A stretch of 48,139 nucleotides of DNA from Clostridia bacterium (GCA_045614835.1 JAZLDP010000004.1:1-48139); one strand, 5' to 3'; counted from the stretch's first letter, positions 26,217-35,019 are shown. Notes: generated by a model from the sequence alone, not told the origin. Translations and numbers: made by a program.

Positions 26217-27056
26217 TTATTTTGAACGCCAATAATCAATAGATTTATTTATTTTTTCTAAATTTTTTCTAATTTGAGCATCAGACATATTATTTATTTC
26301 TTCTAAAGTATAATATTCTTTTTCACTAGAAGAAGTGCTAGACCCTTTCATACTACCTACGCTTGATTGCTTAACAGCTTTTTCCATTAAGTTTTCATCA
26401 TCTGATTTTTGTTTAATATAATTTTTATAATTTAAATATCTTGTAAACAAATCTGAAATAGGTTGCTTTCCTAATTGGTCGCCACAATAAGCAATAAAAT
26501 CATTATCTTCAACAACTTTATTTAAATCATAGTCTTTACCAAATTTATTTTGAAAATCAATAGCATCTTTTTCAATAAATTCTTTTTGAGAAAGTTCTTG
26601 TTGTTTAGCTTTTAAAGCTTCTCTTTCTTTTTGCTTTTTGAATTTACGATAATCAACTTCTGGTTCTTCGCTACCGTTATTTTTTAACTCAATCATATCA
26701 AGCAATTCTTGAACATCTAAATCATCTTCAATTTTTTCTCCTGTAAATGGATTTAAACCGTTATATGATTTGATTAATGCTTCTTTGCTTCCTTCAAATT
26801 TAGCTTTTTCTATTGCATCTTTTTTGGCTTTTTCTTCTAAACGCATTTGCTTATAATATGCGTTTTGCTCTTTAGTTTGTTTCTTTTCAGATGTTTTTTC
26901 TGGCACTTTAGTTTCTTCTTCAGTATCAGTAAAACCATCATCAACTTCGTTGTTTTCATCAGTTACTTCATCTTCATCAACTTCATCAACAACCTCATCA
27001 TCCTTTTCTTCATTTTCTGCGAAAAATTGAATGTCTAACTTAATTAAATCTTCCAT
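26217..27056 (-). CDS. scaffolding protein
   Basis: Start trimmed to ATG 27056 (SD AAAGGAAC); the track ORF begins at GTG 27071. Acidic N-terminus and long charged helical regions. Lies between portal and capsid. Confidence 0.55.
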   Translation of the reverse strand: MEDLIKLDIQFFAENEEKDDEVVDEVDEDEVTDENNEVDDGFTDTEEETKVPEKTSEKKQTKEQNAYYKQMRLEEKAKKDAIEKAKFEGSKEALIKSYNGLNPFTGEKIEDDLDVQELLDMIELKNNGSEEPEVDYRKFKKQKEREALKAKQQELSQKEFIEKDAIDFQNKFGKDYDLNKVVEDNDFIAYCGDQLGKQPISDLFTRYLNYKNYIKQKSDDENLMEKAVKQSSVGSMKGSSTSSSEKEYYTLEEINNMSDAQIRKNLEKINKSIDYWRSK

Positions 27057-27091
27057 TTTAGTTCCTTTCACACGCTATGGATTGCGATAAT

Positions 27092-27146
27092 TGGTTTAGC
27101 AGTTTTCCTTCAGAATTTTTGTGGTTTAGCAGTTTTCCTTCAGAAT
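27092..27146. repeat. 25-nt direct repeat x2 (period 30) in the portal-scaffold intergenic region
   Basis: TGGTTTAGCAGTTTTCCTTCAGAAT at 27092-27116 and 27122-27146, separated by TTTTG. Confidence 0.9.
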
Positions 27147-27173
27147 GTATTTTTATTTTAATAAATACCTAAA

Positions 27174-29201
27174 TTATTTTGTTTCGTTTTGCTTTTTAGC
27201 AAACTCTTTTTCATTATTTTGTTGATTCAATAAATAATCTCTTACAGCGTTAATTTTATCACTGTATTCTTTTTGCATCATCTTCATTCTGCTTTGGTTT
27301 TCATTTAAAGAACCTAATAATTGCTTGTTAGTTGTTTCTAATTGTTTAACGTAATTTGAAACTTCTTGTAATTCTTGATTTAATTTAGCATTTTCTTGTT
27401 GTAATTGAATTACCAACTCTTGCTCTCTTTTTTCAATTTCTTCAAGCATTTCACCTTTATTTGGCATACCCGTTGCAGGATATAACTTAATATATAATTT
27501 TTGGTCAATTAAACCAGTAGTTAATAAGTTATTTAACATATACATTGTTTGAGCTTCATTAAACCTTGTTCCTTGACCTATTTCAACAATTAAAGAAAAA
27601 TCGGTATCTTTAAAATCTTCGCTTGAAAACTCATCAGTTAATAAATTATTAAATTTTCTAGGTGTATAATTAATACCTAATTGCATAGCTTTATTAAACT
27701 CTTCTTCATCAGCTCTTTGTAACTCATCTCTTAATTTATCACTTATTTCAAATGAATATGTTGTTTTTTTGAAGTAATAATGTTTTTGAAATTGTTCAAT
27801 AATTCTAGCAACATTTTTTAAATTGTCCCAATATTTTTGTCTGTCAGTATCAATAGACCTATCGCTATTATCAGTTAATAAAGAAATAGCTACTCCACTC
27901 ATTTCTTTAGAAATCATATCACTGGTTAAAACTTCATTTGAATTTGTAACTTCCCTAATGATATTCATCAATGATGGTGCTAATTGTAATGCTCCTTCTG
28001 TAAAAGGTTGAACTTGTAAATATTTTATTCCATCGCCACTTCCAGCTGGTGTATAATCAACTAAATATTGGTCTATACTATTATCTGGAACTTGACCTTT
28101 TAGAGCATCCTTTTTTACAACCATTTTTGGAATACCTTGTTTTTGTGCTGACATAATAGCATAAGTATTTAAATAATTAATTGCCTTTTGAACTTCTTTA
28201 ATTCCTTCGATTTCGCTAATACCGTAAATGCTTCCTTCTCTCTCTTTAAAAGAACCTACTACAATAGGATAAAAAATACATTTTCTTTTTAAAGAGTTAC
28301 CATTCTTTTCGCTATTAGGAAATGATATTCTTTTACCATCAGCCAAAATTTCATTTTCACTTTTTCCATCAAATTCAATAGATTCTTTTTTAGCTAAATC
28401 ATTTTCTTTTAACTTTTTATAAGTTATTCTAGGATTCCAAGCTTTTGGAGAATCATTTAACACTACAACTTTAGTAGCATTTTGATAATATACCTCATCA
28501 TCTATTCTAAAGTATTTAGTATATACTGTTACCAAATCATTATCTCCATCAATACTATCCTCTCCATAATAATTTAGAGTTTCAGTATCTGGAGTAATTA
28601 GTTTTCTTTTCTTTTTATCATCACAAGCATCTCTAACGCTTTTAACACTTTCCCTATGCTCTATAATAATATATTCTTGTTTTTGAACATTTTTTTCTGA
28701 TGGGTCTGCAAAATAAACTTTTAGTGGGTCTATTACTTCTCCACTAATCGCTCCAGTAAATCCACCATATTGACCTATTGCTTTTGAATCCCAATAATAA
28801 TGAATAACATAAGTTCCTTTCACAATACCACTTTTAACAGCTTCATAATCTATTCTGTCTTGGTGCATATTATTCAAATTAAAATCTAAAAAGGAATTAA
28901 ATTTTTCAGTAGAAATATCATCTTTATCTGTTCTAAAACGCATTTTATAAGTTTTAGCTAAAATATTTGTTATTTTGCTATTACAAATTTTATTACATAC
29001 GTTAATTGTTATTCTAGGGATATGTTTAACATCTTTACTGATTTTGTCTGACCATTGTTTACCTTCATAAAAATCATTACATAAAGGAATAATTTTTGTT
29101 AATCCCATTCTCGCTAAATACTCTTTTCCTCTTTGAGCTTCTTGATATATTTGAGTGGTAATTTCTTGCTCTTCAACTGTTAAATTATCTTGTTTAGACA
29201 T
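27174..29201 (-). CDS. portal protein
   Basis: 675-aa ORF with a GGGAGG SD; lies between TerL and the scaffold; long C-terminal coiled coil (EQELVIQLQQENAKLNQELQEV...) like barrel-bearing portals. Confidence 0.7.
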   Translation of the reverse strand: MSKQDNLTVEEQEITTQIYQEAQRGKEYLARMGLTKIIPLCNDFYEGKQWSDKISKDVKHIPRITINVCNKICNSKITNILAKTYKMRFRTDKDDISTEKFNSFLDFNLNNMHQDRIDYEAVKSGIVKGTYVIHYYWDSKAIGQYGGFTGAISGEVIDPLKVYFADPSEKNVQKQEYIIIEHRESVKSVRDACDDKKKRKLITPDTETLNYYGEDSIDGDNDLVTVYTKYFRIDDEVYYQNATKVVVLNDSPKAWNPRITYKKLKENDLAKKESIEFDGKSENEILADGKRISFPNSEKNGNSLKRKCIFYPIVVGSFKEREGSIYGISEIEGIKEVQKAINYLNTYAIMSAQKQGIPKMVVKKDALKGQVPDNSIDQYLVDYTPAGSGDGIKYLQVQPFTEGALQLAPSLMNIIREVTNSNEVLTSDMISKEMSGVAISLLTDNSDRSIDTDRQKYWDNLKNVARIIEQFQKHYYFKKTTYSFEISDKLRDELQRADEEEFNKAMQLGINYTPRKFNNLLTDEFSSEDFKDTDFSLIVEIGQGTRFNEAQTMYMLNNLLTTGLIDQKLYIKLYPATGMPNKGEMLEEIEKREQELVIQLQQENAKLNQELQEVSNYVKQLETTNKQLLGSLNENQSRMKMMQKEYSDKINAVRDYLLNQQNNEKEFAKKQNETK

Positions 29202-29367
29202 AATCTACCTCCCTGTCCATTAGATATAAAGCTTTTTCTTGTTCTTGTTTTGATTTTAAATCAAGTTCTTCTTTTAATTCTAACTCTAACTCTTTTATTT
29301 TATTCTCTAACTCTTGTTTACTTTTAATAAGAGATTCGTATTTCTTTTTACTAATAATTTTTACCAT
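29194..29367 (-). CDS. small coiled-coil protein (57 aa), missed by the >=60-aa ORF track
   Basis: its ATG overlaps the TerL stop (GAATGGTAA) and its stop overlaps the portal start (TATGTCTAA); sequence MVKIISKKKYESLIKSKQELENKIKELELELKEELDLKSKQEQEKALYLMDREVDYV. Confidence 0.5.
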   Translation of the reverse strand: MVKIISKKKYESLIKSKQELENKIKELELELKEELDLKSKQEQEKALYLMDREVDYV

Positions 29368-31025
29368 TCTAAAAACCCACTTTCTTCATCGTTATTATTA
29401 CTTATTTTGAAAAAGTTGTTAAAAGCTTCTTCTACTTCATTTGTTTTATTATGTTTAACCAAATCAACCGTAAAATCTTGTTGGTCTCGAATATAGTATG
29501 TAATAGCCATTCCCATTACCAAGTCATCGTGATAACCATTCATAGCTTCTATTTTACCGCCATTAGATTGATTTCTAACAATCGTTAACATTTCATTTAA
29601 TGTATCTAAATCATTAAAGCAAGTTACATCTTCACGAACAATTCTAATTAAATCAGCTAAGATTATAGGTCTAGTTTTAGTAGTAGTCCTAAATCCATAA
29701 CTTTTTAATATTCTATTGGTAAATGTATCTTCTTGTATTCTTATGTATAAATTTGGATATTCTAAACGCTGTAGCTCTTTAATTGGAAATGTAGAAAAGT
29801 TTACTTCAAGACCTATTAGAGCTGTATTGTAATACATTCCTAAACAATACATTTGCTGTGCGTATAAATCTTCATCAGTAAGCATTTTTAGAGTTGCTAC
29901 TTGATTTCCAGTTGAATTATCTATCATTTGACCAGTAAAAAAGTCGCTTCCATCTCCAGCTGTATCTCCGCCTAAAACATACGGATGACCTTCTTTAGGT
30001 TTAATAAATAATTTTATACATCCTTTATTATCGTTAATCCATCTAATATTTGATATTGTTAATCCATCATAATCGTAATCAAAATAACCTTGAGTGTATT
30101 TTGTTTCTTTTATATCGTTAATTCTTTTTATGATTTTTTCTTTATCAAAAACGCTTGTTCCTGTTGAGATAAACGCATTTTCAGGGCAATCAGGATATTC
30201 TTGGTTGAAATATTCTTCATCTCCATCACACTTATTCGCAATAGTCCATCTTCTCCAAGCTAATTGTTCTAAAGTTAAATTATACCTTTGCTTAATTTCT
30301 TTTTCTTTATCAGTTAATGTAAATCCCCAGTAAGGCATTTGATATTCTTTCATTTCATACCAAGCAAAAAATACTGGAACATAGTCACTTTTACCAGCAA
30401 CTGCATTGTCCCACATTTCTTTAAACTCTTCATAACCATTTGCTGTTGATTCAATAATTACTATAGATTTAGCATTGTCTGGAACTGATTGTAACAAACC
30501 TCTTAAAGTATTTCTTTTGTTTCCTTCCCAAAAGGCGTATTCAGAAATATGTAAAACATTGTAAGTATCTGAACGACCTACACCACTAGAACCAGCTGTC
30601 ATACATTTTATTTTGCTTCCTAAACCTTGTTTGTCTTTAGTATCAAATATTAATTCTTTTGAGTTACTTGCTAACAATACTGGCTTAGGGTCTGGCATAT
30701 TATAATAAAAGTTTTTTGACATATTAAACAAGTTGTTTGTGGCTGTATCACTATGGGTAATAATACCAGATTTAATATTAAATCCAGTTACAGTTGTTTT
30801 AAAAATTAATCCTTCTGTATAAGTTGAAAACCCCATTTGTCGAGCTTTTAAAATTATAATTCTTACAGGTTTATTTTCAGCTTGCAATTTTTCTACAATA
30901 GAATTAAGTTTTAATTGAGGCTCATTCATTTTAAAATCTACTAAATCATTGTTTTTAGTAATTATTTTTAAAAAGTTTTCAAAGAAATACTTATTGTCTA
31001 TTTTAAATGTTTTATTATTGTTCAC
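29361..31025 (-). CDS. terL: terminase large subunit
   Basis: ILKARQMGFSTYTEG ATPase-type box, VLHISEYAFW Walker-B-like and GGDTAGDGSD nuclease-domain acidic box. Start set at GTG 31025 (AGAGG 6 nt upstream) because the track TTG 31031 abuts the SD. Confidence 0.85.
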   Translation of the reverse strand: MNNNKTFKIDNKYFFENFLKIITKNNDLVDFKMNEPQLKLNSIVEKLQAENKPVRIIILKARQMGFSTYTEGLIFKTTVTGFNIKSGIITHSDTATNNLFNMSKNFYYNMPDPKPVLLASNSKELIFDTKDKQGLGSKIKCMTAGSSGVGRSDTYNVLHISEYAFWEGNKRNTLRGLLQSVPDNAKSIVIIESTANGYEEFKEMWDNAVAGKSDYVPVFFAWYEMKEYQMPYWGFTLTDKEKEIKQRYNLTLEQLAWRRWTIANKCDGDEEYFNQEYPDCPENAFISTGTSVFDKEKIIKRINDIKETKYTQGYFDYDYDGLTISNIRWINDNKGCIKLFIKPKEGHPYVLGGDTAGDGSDFFTGQMIDNSTGNQVATLKMLTDEDLYAQQMYCLGMYYNTALIGLEVNFSTFPIKELQRLEYPNLYIRIQEDTFTNRILKSYGFRTTTKTRPIILADLIRIVREDVTCFNDLDTLNEMLTIVRNQSNGGKIEAMNGYHDDLVMGMAITYYIRDQQDFTVDLVKHNKTNEVEEAFNNFFKISNNNDEESGFLEW

Positions 31026-31467
31026 ATTCAACCTCTATAGCTGTAGTTTGCCCAGTCATTTTAGCTATTATATCTTCCCAACTACCTACATTTACATTAG
31101 TAGTTTGTTCTTTCTTTTGAGAAGGTTCATAACCAGCATATTTAGCCATACTCTCTACTATTTTTAATTTATCTGTTGGATTTGTTTCTTTATCTAATAA
31201 AACTCTCATAAGCTCCATATACATCGCTTCAATACCCTTTACTTTTTGAAAAGATTTTACACCGCCCTTTTCATTGCAAGAAACATCGTAAACTAAATAA
31301 TCTTTGTTAAACATTTTTTCAATAGTATTTTTAACAATATTATGATTCTCTCTTGTTAGTTTAGCTTTTTCAATATTAGCTTTTTTTTGTTCTGGAGTTT
31401 GATTTGCTCTGTATTCTTCTAAAGCTTTTTGCCCTCTTTTTGTTCTTTCTTCTAACGAAACTGGCAT
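31015..31467 (-). CDS. terminase small subunit candidate
   Basis: 150-aa basic/helical ORF with an AGGAGG SD; first gene after the 31.5-kb promoter; overlaps TerL. Confidence 0.4.
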   Translation of the reverse strand: MPVSLEERTKRGQKALEEYRANQTPEQKKANIEKAKLTRENHNIVKNTIEKMFNKDYLVYDVSCNEKGGVKSFQKVKGIEAMYMELMRVLLDKETNPTDKLKIVESMAKYAGYEPSQKKEQTTNVNVGSWEDIIAKMTGQTTAIEVECEQ

Positions 31468-31480
31468 ATTCGACCTCCTA

Positions 31481-31523
31481 TAAAAATAAAAATCCTATCT
31501 TGATTATATCAATTAAGATAGGA
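31481..31523 (-). terminator. rho-independent terminator closing the middle region
   Basis: the minus strand reads TCCTATCTTAATT-gatat-AATCAAGATAGGA (12 of 13 bp) followed by TTTTTATTTTTAT. Confidence 0.65.
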
Positions 31524-31532
31524 AATTGTCAA
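31503..31532 (-). promoter_or_regulatory. sigma70-type promoter (TTGACA-18-TATAAT) embedded in the terminator hairpin
   Basis: -35 at 31527-31532; -10 at 31503-31508, which covers the loop and start of the right arm of hairpin 31493-31523. Confidence 0.6.
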
Positions 31533-31547
31533 TAATATTTTATAATT

Positions 31548-31943
31548 TTATACTTCATTCACATCAATTTCTCCGTTAACATTTACATATTGACCTTGTT
31601 TATTTTGATAATAAACACTTTTAGCAGAAATATAAACAAAATCTCTTAGTTTTCTGGTTGAATAATCTGTGTATCTTTTATTAATTAAAGAACCACAAAC
31701 TATTATTAGCGTTCCTCTTTTTAAAGTTTTAGCCATATAGTTAGCTAATTTATTATAAGCTTTTATTCTAAACATCATACAGTTTTTTACAAAAACTATT
31801 GGTCTATCTTTTGAAGGTTTTGGCTGTATAGGTGGAGTATATAAAGTAAAATATACATAATCGCATTTGTTTTCTTCATCATATTTTAAATATAAATCTG
31901 TAGCACAATAACCTTGAACTTCTACCTGATTAAAATATCTCAT
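31548..31943 (-). CDS. second SSB-like OB-fold protein, no acidic tail
   Basis: The pattern NQVEVQGY...FRIKAYNKLANYMAKTLKRGTLIIVCGSLINKRYTD fits an SSB OB-fold. Start set at ATG 31943, 4 nt after the upstream stop; the track ORF starts at TTG 31976. Confidence 0.45.
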   Translation of the reverse strand: MRYFNQVEVQGYCATDLYLKYDEENKCDYVYFTLYTPPIQPKPSKDRPIVFVKNCMMFRIKAYNKLANYMAKTLKRGTLIIVCGSLINKRYTDYSTRKLRDFVYISAKSVYYQNKQGQYVNVNGEIDVNEV

Positions 31944-31947
31944 ATAT

Positions 31948-32211
31948 TTACAGCATCCTTTCTTTAGTCCTTTCAATTTTTTCTTGAATTTTTAAGTTTA
32001 AGTCATAATTGCTAATTTTAAATAAGTATTGCATTTGACAAAGCATAATATAAACATCAGCTAATTCTTCGGTAATGTTTTCTATATTAGTTTTGTCCCT
32101 TAAATGCTTACATAATTCCTTTTGCAATTCGCTTAATTCTTCAATAGCAACTATAACTTGCTTATCACCATATTTTTCAATCAACAATTCAAATATTTCA
32201 TTATTGCTCAT
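31948..32211 (-). CDS. MazG-like nucleotide pyrophosphohydrolase (small all-alpha type)
   Basis: 87 aa; EELSELQKEL and EELADVYIML match the paired EExxE / ExxD metal-binding helices. Confidence 0.6.
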   Translation of the reverse strand: MSNNEIFELLIEKYGDKQVIVAIEELSELQKELCKHLRDKTNIENITEELADVYIMLCQMQYLFKISNYDLNLKIQEKIERTKERML

Positions 32212-32539
32212 ATTTTTTGTTCCTCTTTACTTTCTTTAAGTTATTTTTAATCATATATTTTCTTAATGTAAATGTTGATACATTTAGTATTGAATGAACT
32301 TGCTTTAATGTTAGGTTTTTATCGTTCAACAATTTTTCAATATAATCTTTATCAATGCTATCTAGTATAGGTTTAGGACCTTTTCCTTTTTGAAACTTTT
32401 CACTATGACCTATTTCTCTTAATCTGTTTCTTATAGTTTTACTGCTTACAAAATATTTTTCTGCAATTTCATTTAGAGTTTTTTTATCTATAAAAAACAT
32501 TTTTTCTATTTCTTTAATAGGCAATTCAATTCTTTTCAT
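32201..32539 (-). CDS. putative DNA-binding protein with two HTH-like segments
   Basis: 112 aa; LNEIAEKYFVSSKTIRNRLREIG and LKQVHSILNVSTFTLRKYMIKN. Confidence 0.45.
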   Translation of the reverse strand: MKRIELPIKEIEKMFFIDKKTLNEIAEKYFVSSKTIRNRLREIGHSEKFQKGKGPKPILDSIDKDYIEKLLNDKNLTLKQVHSILNVSTFTLRKYMIKNNLKKVKRNKKYEQ

Positions 32540-33049
32540 TTATTCTCCTTTGCAACTAAACATTTCAGCACATTTTCCATTTCTATAAACACACAAAGGA
32601 ACTAACACATCTTTCATATATGGAGCTACTTCAATTACTTTATTACAAATTTCTTTCATCACTGCTCTAGTTTCTTTACTTGCTTGTTTGCATAAACGTT
32701 TATGCGACATAAATATTAATTCTTGAGCATTAACACTTAGTATATGACTTACCATTTGTCCTTGTGGCAATTCATTTCTATCAACACCTGTTCTATCAGT
32801 TCTTTGAGTTTGAACATAATGATTCACTCCAATATGGTGGCGAACAAAATGAACACTTACCCAATATGGAATTTCCATTTTTATTCCAAACCATAATTCC
32901 CTAATCGGACTATGTTCAGATTCTACTAAACGTTTAATCCATTCTTCATTCGGCAATTTAGTTGTAGTCTTTCCAACAGTATTTAAAGTGCATTGTTTAC
33001 ACCACAACAAATCTTTTTCACTTGGATATTTTAACAATTCTACTTTCAT
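32540..33049 (-). CDS. divergent ThyX-like (FAD-dependent thymidylate synthase fold) protein
   Basis: Start trimmed to ATG 33049 (SD AAGGAG). ESEHSPIRELWFGIKMEIPYWVSVHFVRHHIGVNHYVQTQR parallels the ThyX H-SP-lE ... RHRxxS...SxR region, but reads RHH and is about 50 aa shorter than typical ThyX. Confidence 0.45.
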   Translation of the reverse strand: MKVELLKYPSEKDLLWCKQCTLNTVGKTTTKLPNEEWIKRLVESEHSPIRELWFGIKMEIPYWVSVHFVRHHIGVNHYVQTQRTDRTGVDRNELPQGQMVSHILSVNAQELIFMSHKRLCKQASKETRAVMKEICNKVIEVAPYMKDVLVPLCVYRNGKCAEMFSCKGE

Positions 33050-33050
33050 A

Positions 33051-33371
33051 TTAATTAAACTCCTTATCTTCAATTACTATTTCAGTATAAACAAAATTAT
33101 TTTCACTAACAGACATTATTCTTTCAGTGTAATGTTCTCCATCGTAAAATTTAACAATGCAAGCATATTTAATATGCTCTTGTGCATTTGGCAATTCTTC
33201 AATAGTGTAAGTATATACTTTACTGTCATATATTTCAACCAATTCTTCAATGATTAGATTTTTATTTATTATTTCTTTTCTTTCTCTTTCAACAGTAATT
33301 AAATTATTTATAGACAAAAAACCTAAAACAACTGCCATAAATATAACTAATCTATATAAGCCTTTACTCAT
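33051..33371 (-). CDS. hypothetical membrane-anchored protein
   Basis: 106 aa; N-terminal TM LYRLVIFMAVVLGFLSI. Confidence 0.75.
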   Translation of the reverse strand: MSKGLYRLVIFMAVVLGFLSINNLITVERERKEIINKNLIIEELVEIYDSKVYTYTIEELPNAQEHIKYACIVKFYDGEHYTERIMSVSENNFVYTEIVIEDKEFN

Positions 33372-33693
33372 CTTTTTTCTCCCATACTTTTATATAATCA
33401 CCTTTTGAATTAGGTTTGTAGATGGCAAGAATAGTTTTATATTCTCCATATAACATATAAACCTTGTTAAGTTTACAATGTAAAATTTGTTTTTCAAACG
33501 GTAACTGAATTTTAATTAAATCTTTTTCCCAATCTATAAAATCATAAACCTTTTCACTTTGTTCTTTAATATAACCTAAACAAGTTTTATGTTCGTTGTT
33601 TTTGTGCAACCATTTACTTCCTTGATATTCATTTTCATAAACATCTTCTTTTTCACTATCAATTATTCTATTATCTTCTAATAAGTAAAACAT
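33364..33693 (-). CDS. hypothetical protein
   Basis: 109-aa ORF; TAATG overlap with the upstream gene; AAGGAGAAG SD. Confidence 0.8.
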   Translation of the reverse strand: MFYLLEDNRIIDSEKEDVYENEYQGSKWLHKNNEHKTCLGYIKEQSEKVYDFIDWEKDLIKIQLPFEKQILHCKLNKVYMLYGEYKTILAIYKPNSKGDYIKVWEKKDE

Positions 33694-34415
33694 TATTTAT
33701 TCTTCTCCTTATTGTTCAAATAATCAGCATATTTTTGAGCTTCTTCTTTACTATAAAAATATGTTTCATAATACGTTTTTTTTGAATCAAGTTTACTAAT
33801 ATCAAATTTTTCTAAAATTTGTGTTCTTTCACCTTTTATAATTTTTCCATTATCAAATTCAAGATAATTAAAATCGTAATAAGCATCTGAATTTCTATTA
33901 TCTATTGATAAAACAAATTTAAAACCATATCCACTGCGATAATTTGATAACCATATATCACAATCTTTTATAATAAATTTTCTTTTTTCTTCAGAACATT
34001 TGCAAGCGACTGTATATTCTCTACCACCATTATCTTTTAATAAAACGTTTCTTTCATTATCACAATACTCACATTTTGGTTGTTTTTCCCATAAAACTTT
34101 TAAAGTGTATAATTTTCTTGTTTCAAACATAATTTTTGCAAACTCTTCGAATGGTATTCTTAATAAATCTTTTTTAAGTTTTTCGCATTTGTTTAGATAT
34201 TCAACATCTAAATTACGCATTTTTCTATTGTATTCATCTTTTAATTTATCTAAATCTTTAACTTGTATTTTTAATTCTTTGTTTTCTTTTTCTAAACGTT
34301 CAAGCTTTTCTTTAATTTCTTGCTTTAAACCTTTTTTAATACTTTCTTTAAACTCTTCTATTTGAGCATCAAACTCATTATAATCATCAAAAAAATTATC
34401 ATTATAATATTCCAT
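33693..34415 (-). CDS. hypothetical protein, coiled-coil N-terminus plus Cys-cluster (zinc-ribbon-like) middle
   Basis: 240 aa with an AAGGAGGAG SD; CEYCDNERNVLLKDNGGREYTVACKC. Confidence 0.8.
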   Translation of the reverse strand: MEYYNDNFFDDYNEFDAQIEEFKESIKKGLKQEIKEKLERLEKENKELKIQVKDLDKLKDEYNRKMRNLDVEYLNKCEKLKKDLLRIPFEEFAKIMFETRKLYTLKVLWEKQPKCEYCDNERNVLLKDNGGREYTVACKCSEEKRKFIIKDCDIWLSNYRSGYGFKFVLSIDNRNSDAYYDFNYLEFDNGKIIKGERTQILEKFDISKLDSKKTYYETYFYSKEEAQKYADYLNNKEKNK

Positions 34416-34429
34416 CTTCTAACTCCTCC

Positions 34430-34654
34430 TTAAATCATTATTTCATCATAAACATAATCTAAAAACTTTATATTGTTTTTCTTTAAAAGTTGAGATAGAG
34501 TAAGCATTTCATTTTTAACATTACCCCACTCATTTACAATTAATTTTGCTTTTCTAAAATCGTCTAAATTATCAAAAACAAACGTATTTAATTCTTCCCT
34601 ATAATATATATCTTTAATTTCTAAAATATAAATTTTTTCGACTTTATTTTCCAT
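34430..34654 (-). CDS. hypothetical protein
   Basis: 74-aa ORF with an AAGGAGGAG SD. Confidence 0.75.
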   Translation of the reverse strand: MENKVEKIYILEIKDIYYREELNTFVFDNLDDFRKAKLIVNEWGNVKNEMLTLSQLLKKNNIKFLDYVYDEIMI

Positions 34655-34853
34655 TACTCCTCCTTAATTCTTGCATTATTTTTCTAAATTCTTTTGCACT
34701 TTCAGTTTTTTGAATAAGTATTTTAGCTTTTTCAATATATTTTTCAGCAATTAATTTAGATAATCTTTTGATTTTTTCTCTAATTTCTTCTTTGTCATAA
34801 TCATTATTTATGCATCCTAAAATATCTACTATTTCAAATAAAATTGATTCCAT
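34644..34853 (-). CDS. hypothetical protein
   Basis: 69-aa ORF with a GGAGG SD. Confidence 0.75.
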   Translation of the reverse strand: MESILFEIVDILGCINNDYDKEEIREKIKRLSKLIAEKYIEKAKILIQKTESAKEFRKIMQELRRSNGK

Positions 34854-34854
34854 A

Positions 34855-35019
34855 TTATTTATACCTCCACATACTAACTAAAATTATTAAAATAAATATA
34901 AAAATACAATATATAGTTGCTAATAACTTATTATTTGTTTGTTGTAATGAACTTTTCAAATAACGAAAAATTAAAAAAATAATAATTAATAAATCAAATA
35001 TAATTATTGTTTTTAACAT
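34855..35019 (-). CDS. small two-TM membrane protein (54 aa), missed by the ORF track
   Basis: its ATG overlaps the upstream stop (ATGTTAA); sequence MLKTIIIFDLLIIIFLIFRYLKSSLQQTNNKLLATIYCIFIFILIILVSMWRYK; fills an otherwise empty 159-nt gap. Confidence 0.5.
   Translation of the reverse strand: MLKTIIIFDLLIIIFLIFRYLKSSLQQTNNKLLATIYCIFIFILIILVSMWRYK

Noticed and set aside
27092-27146. Possible CRISPR array
   Set aside because: Only two repeat copies, separated by a 5-nt spacer; no further units and no cas genes.
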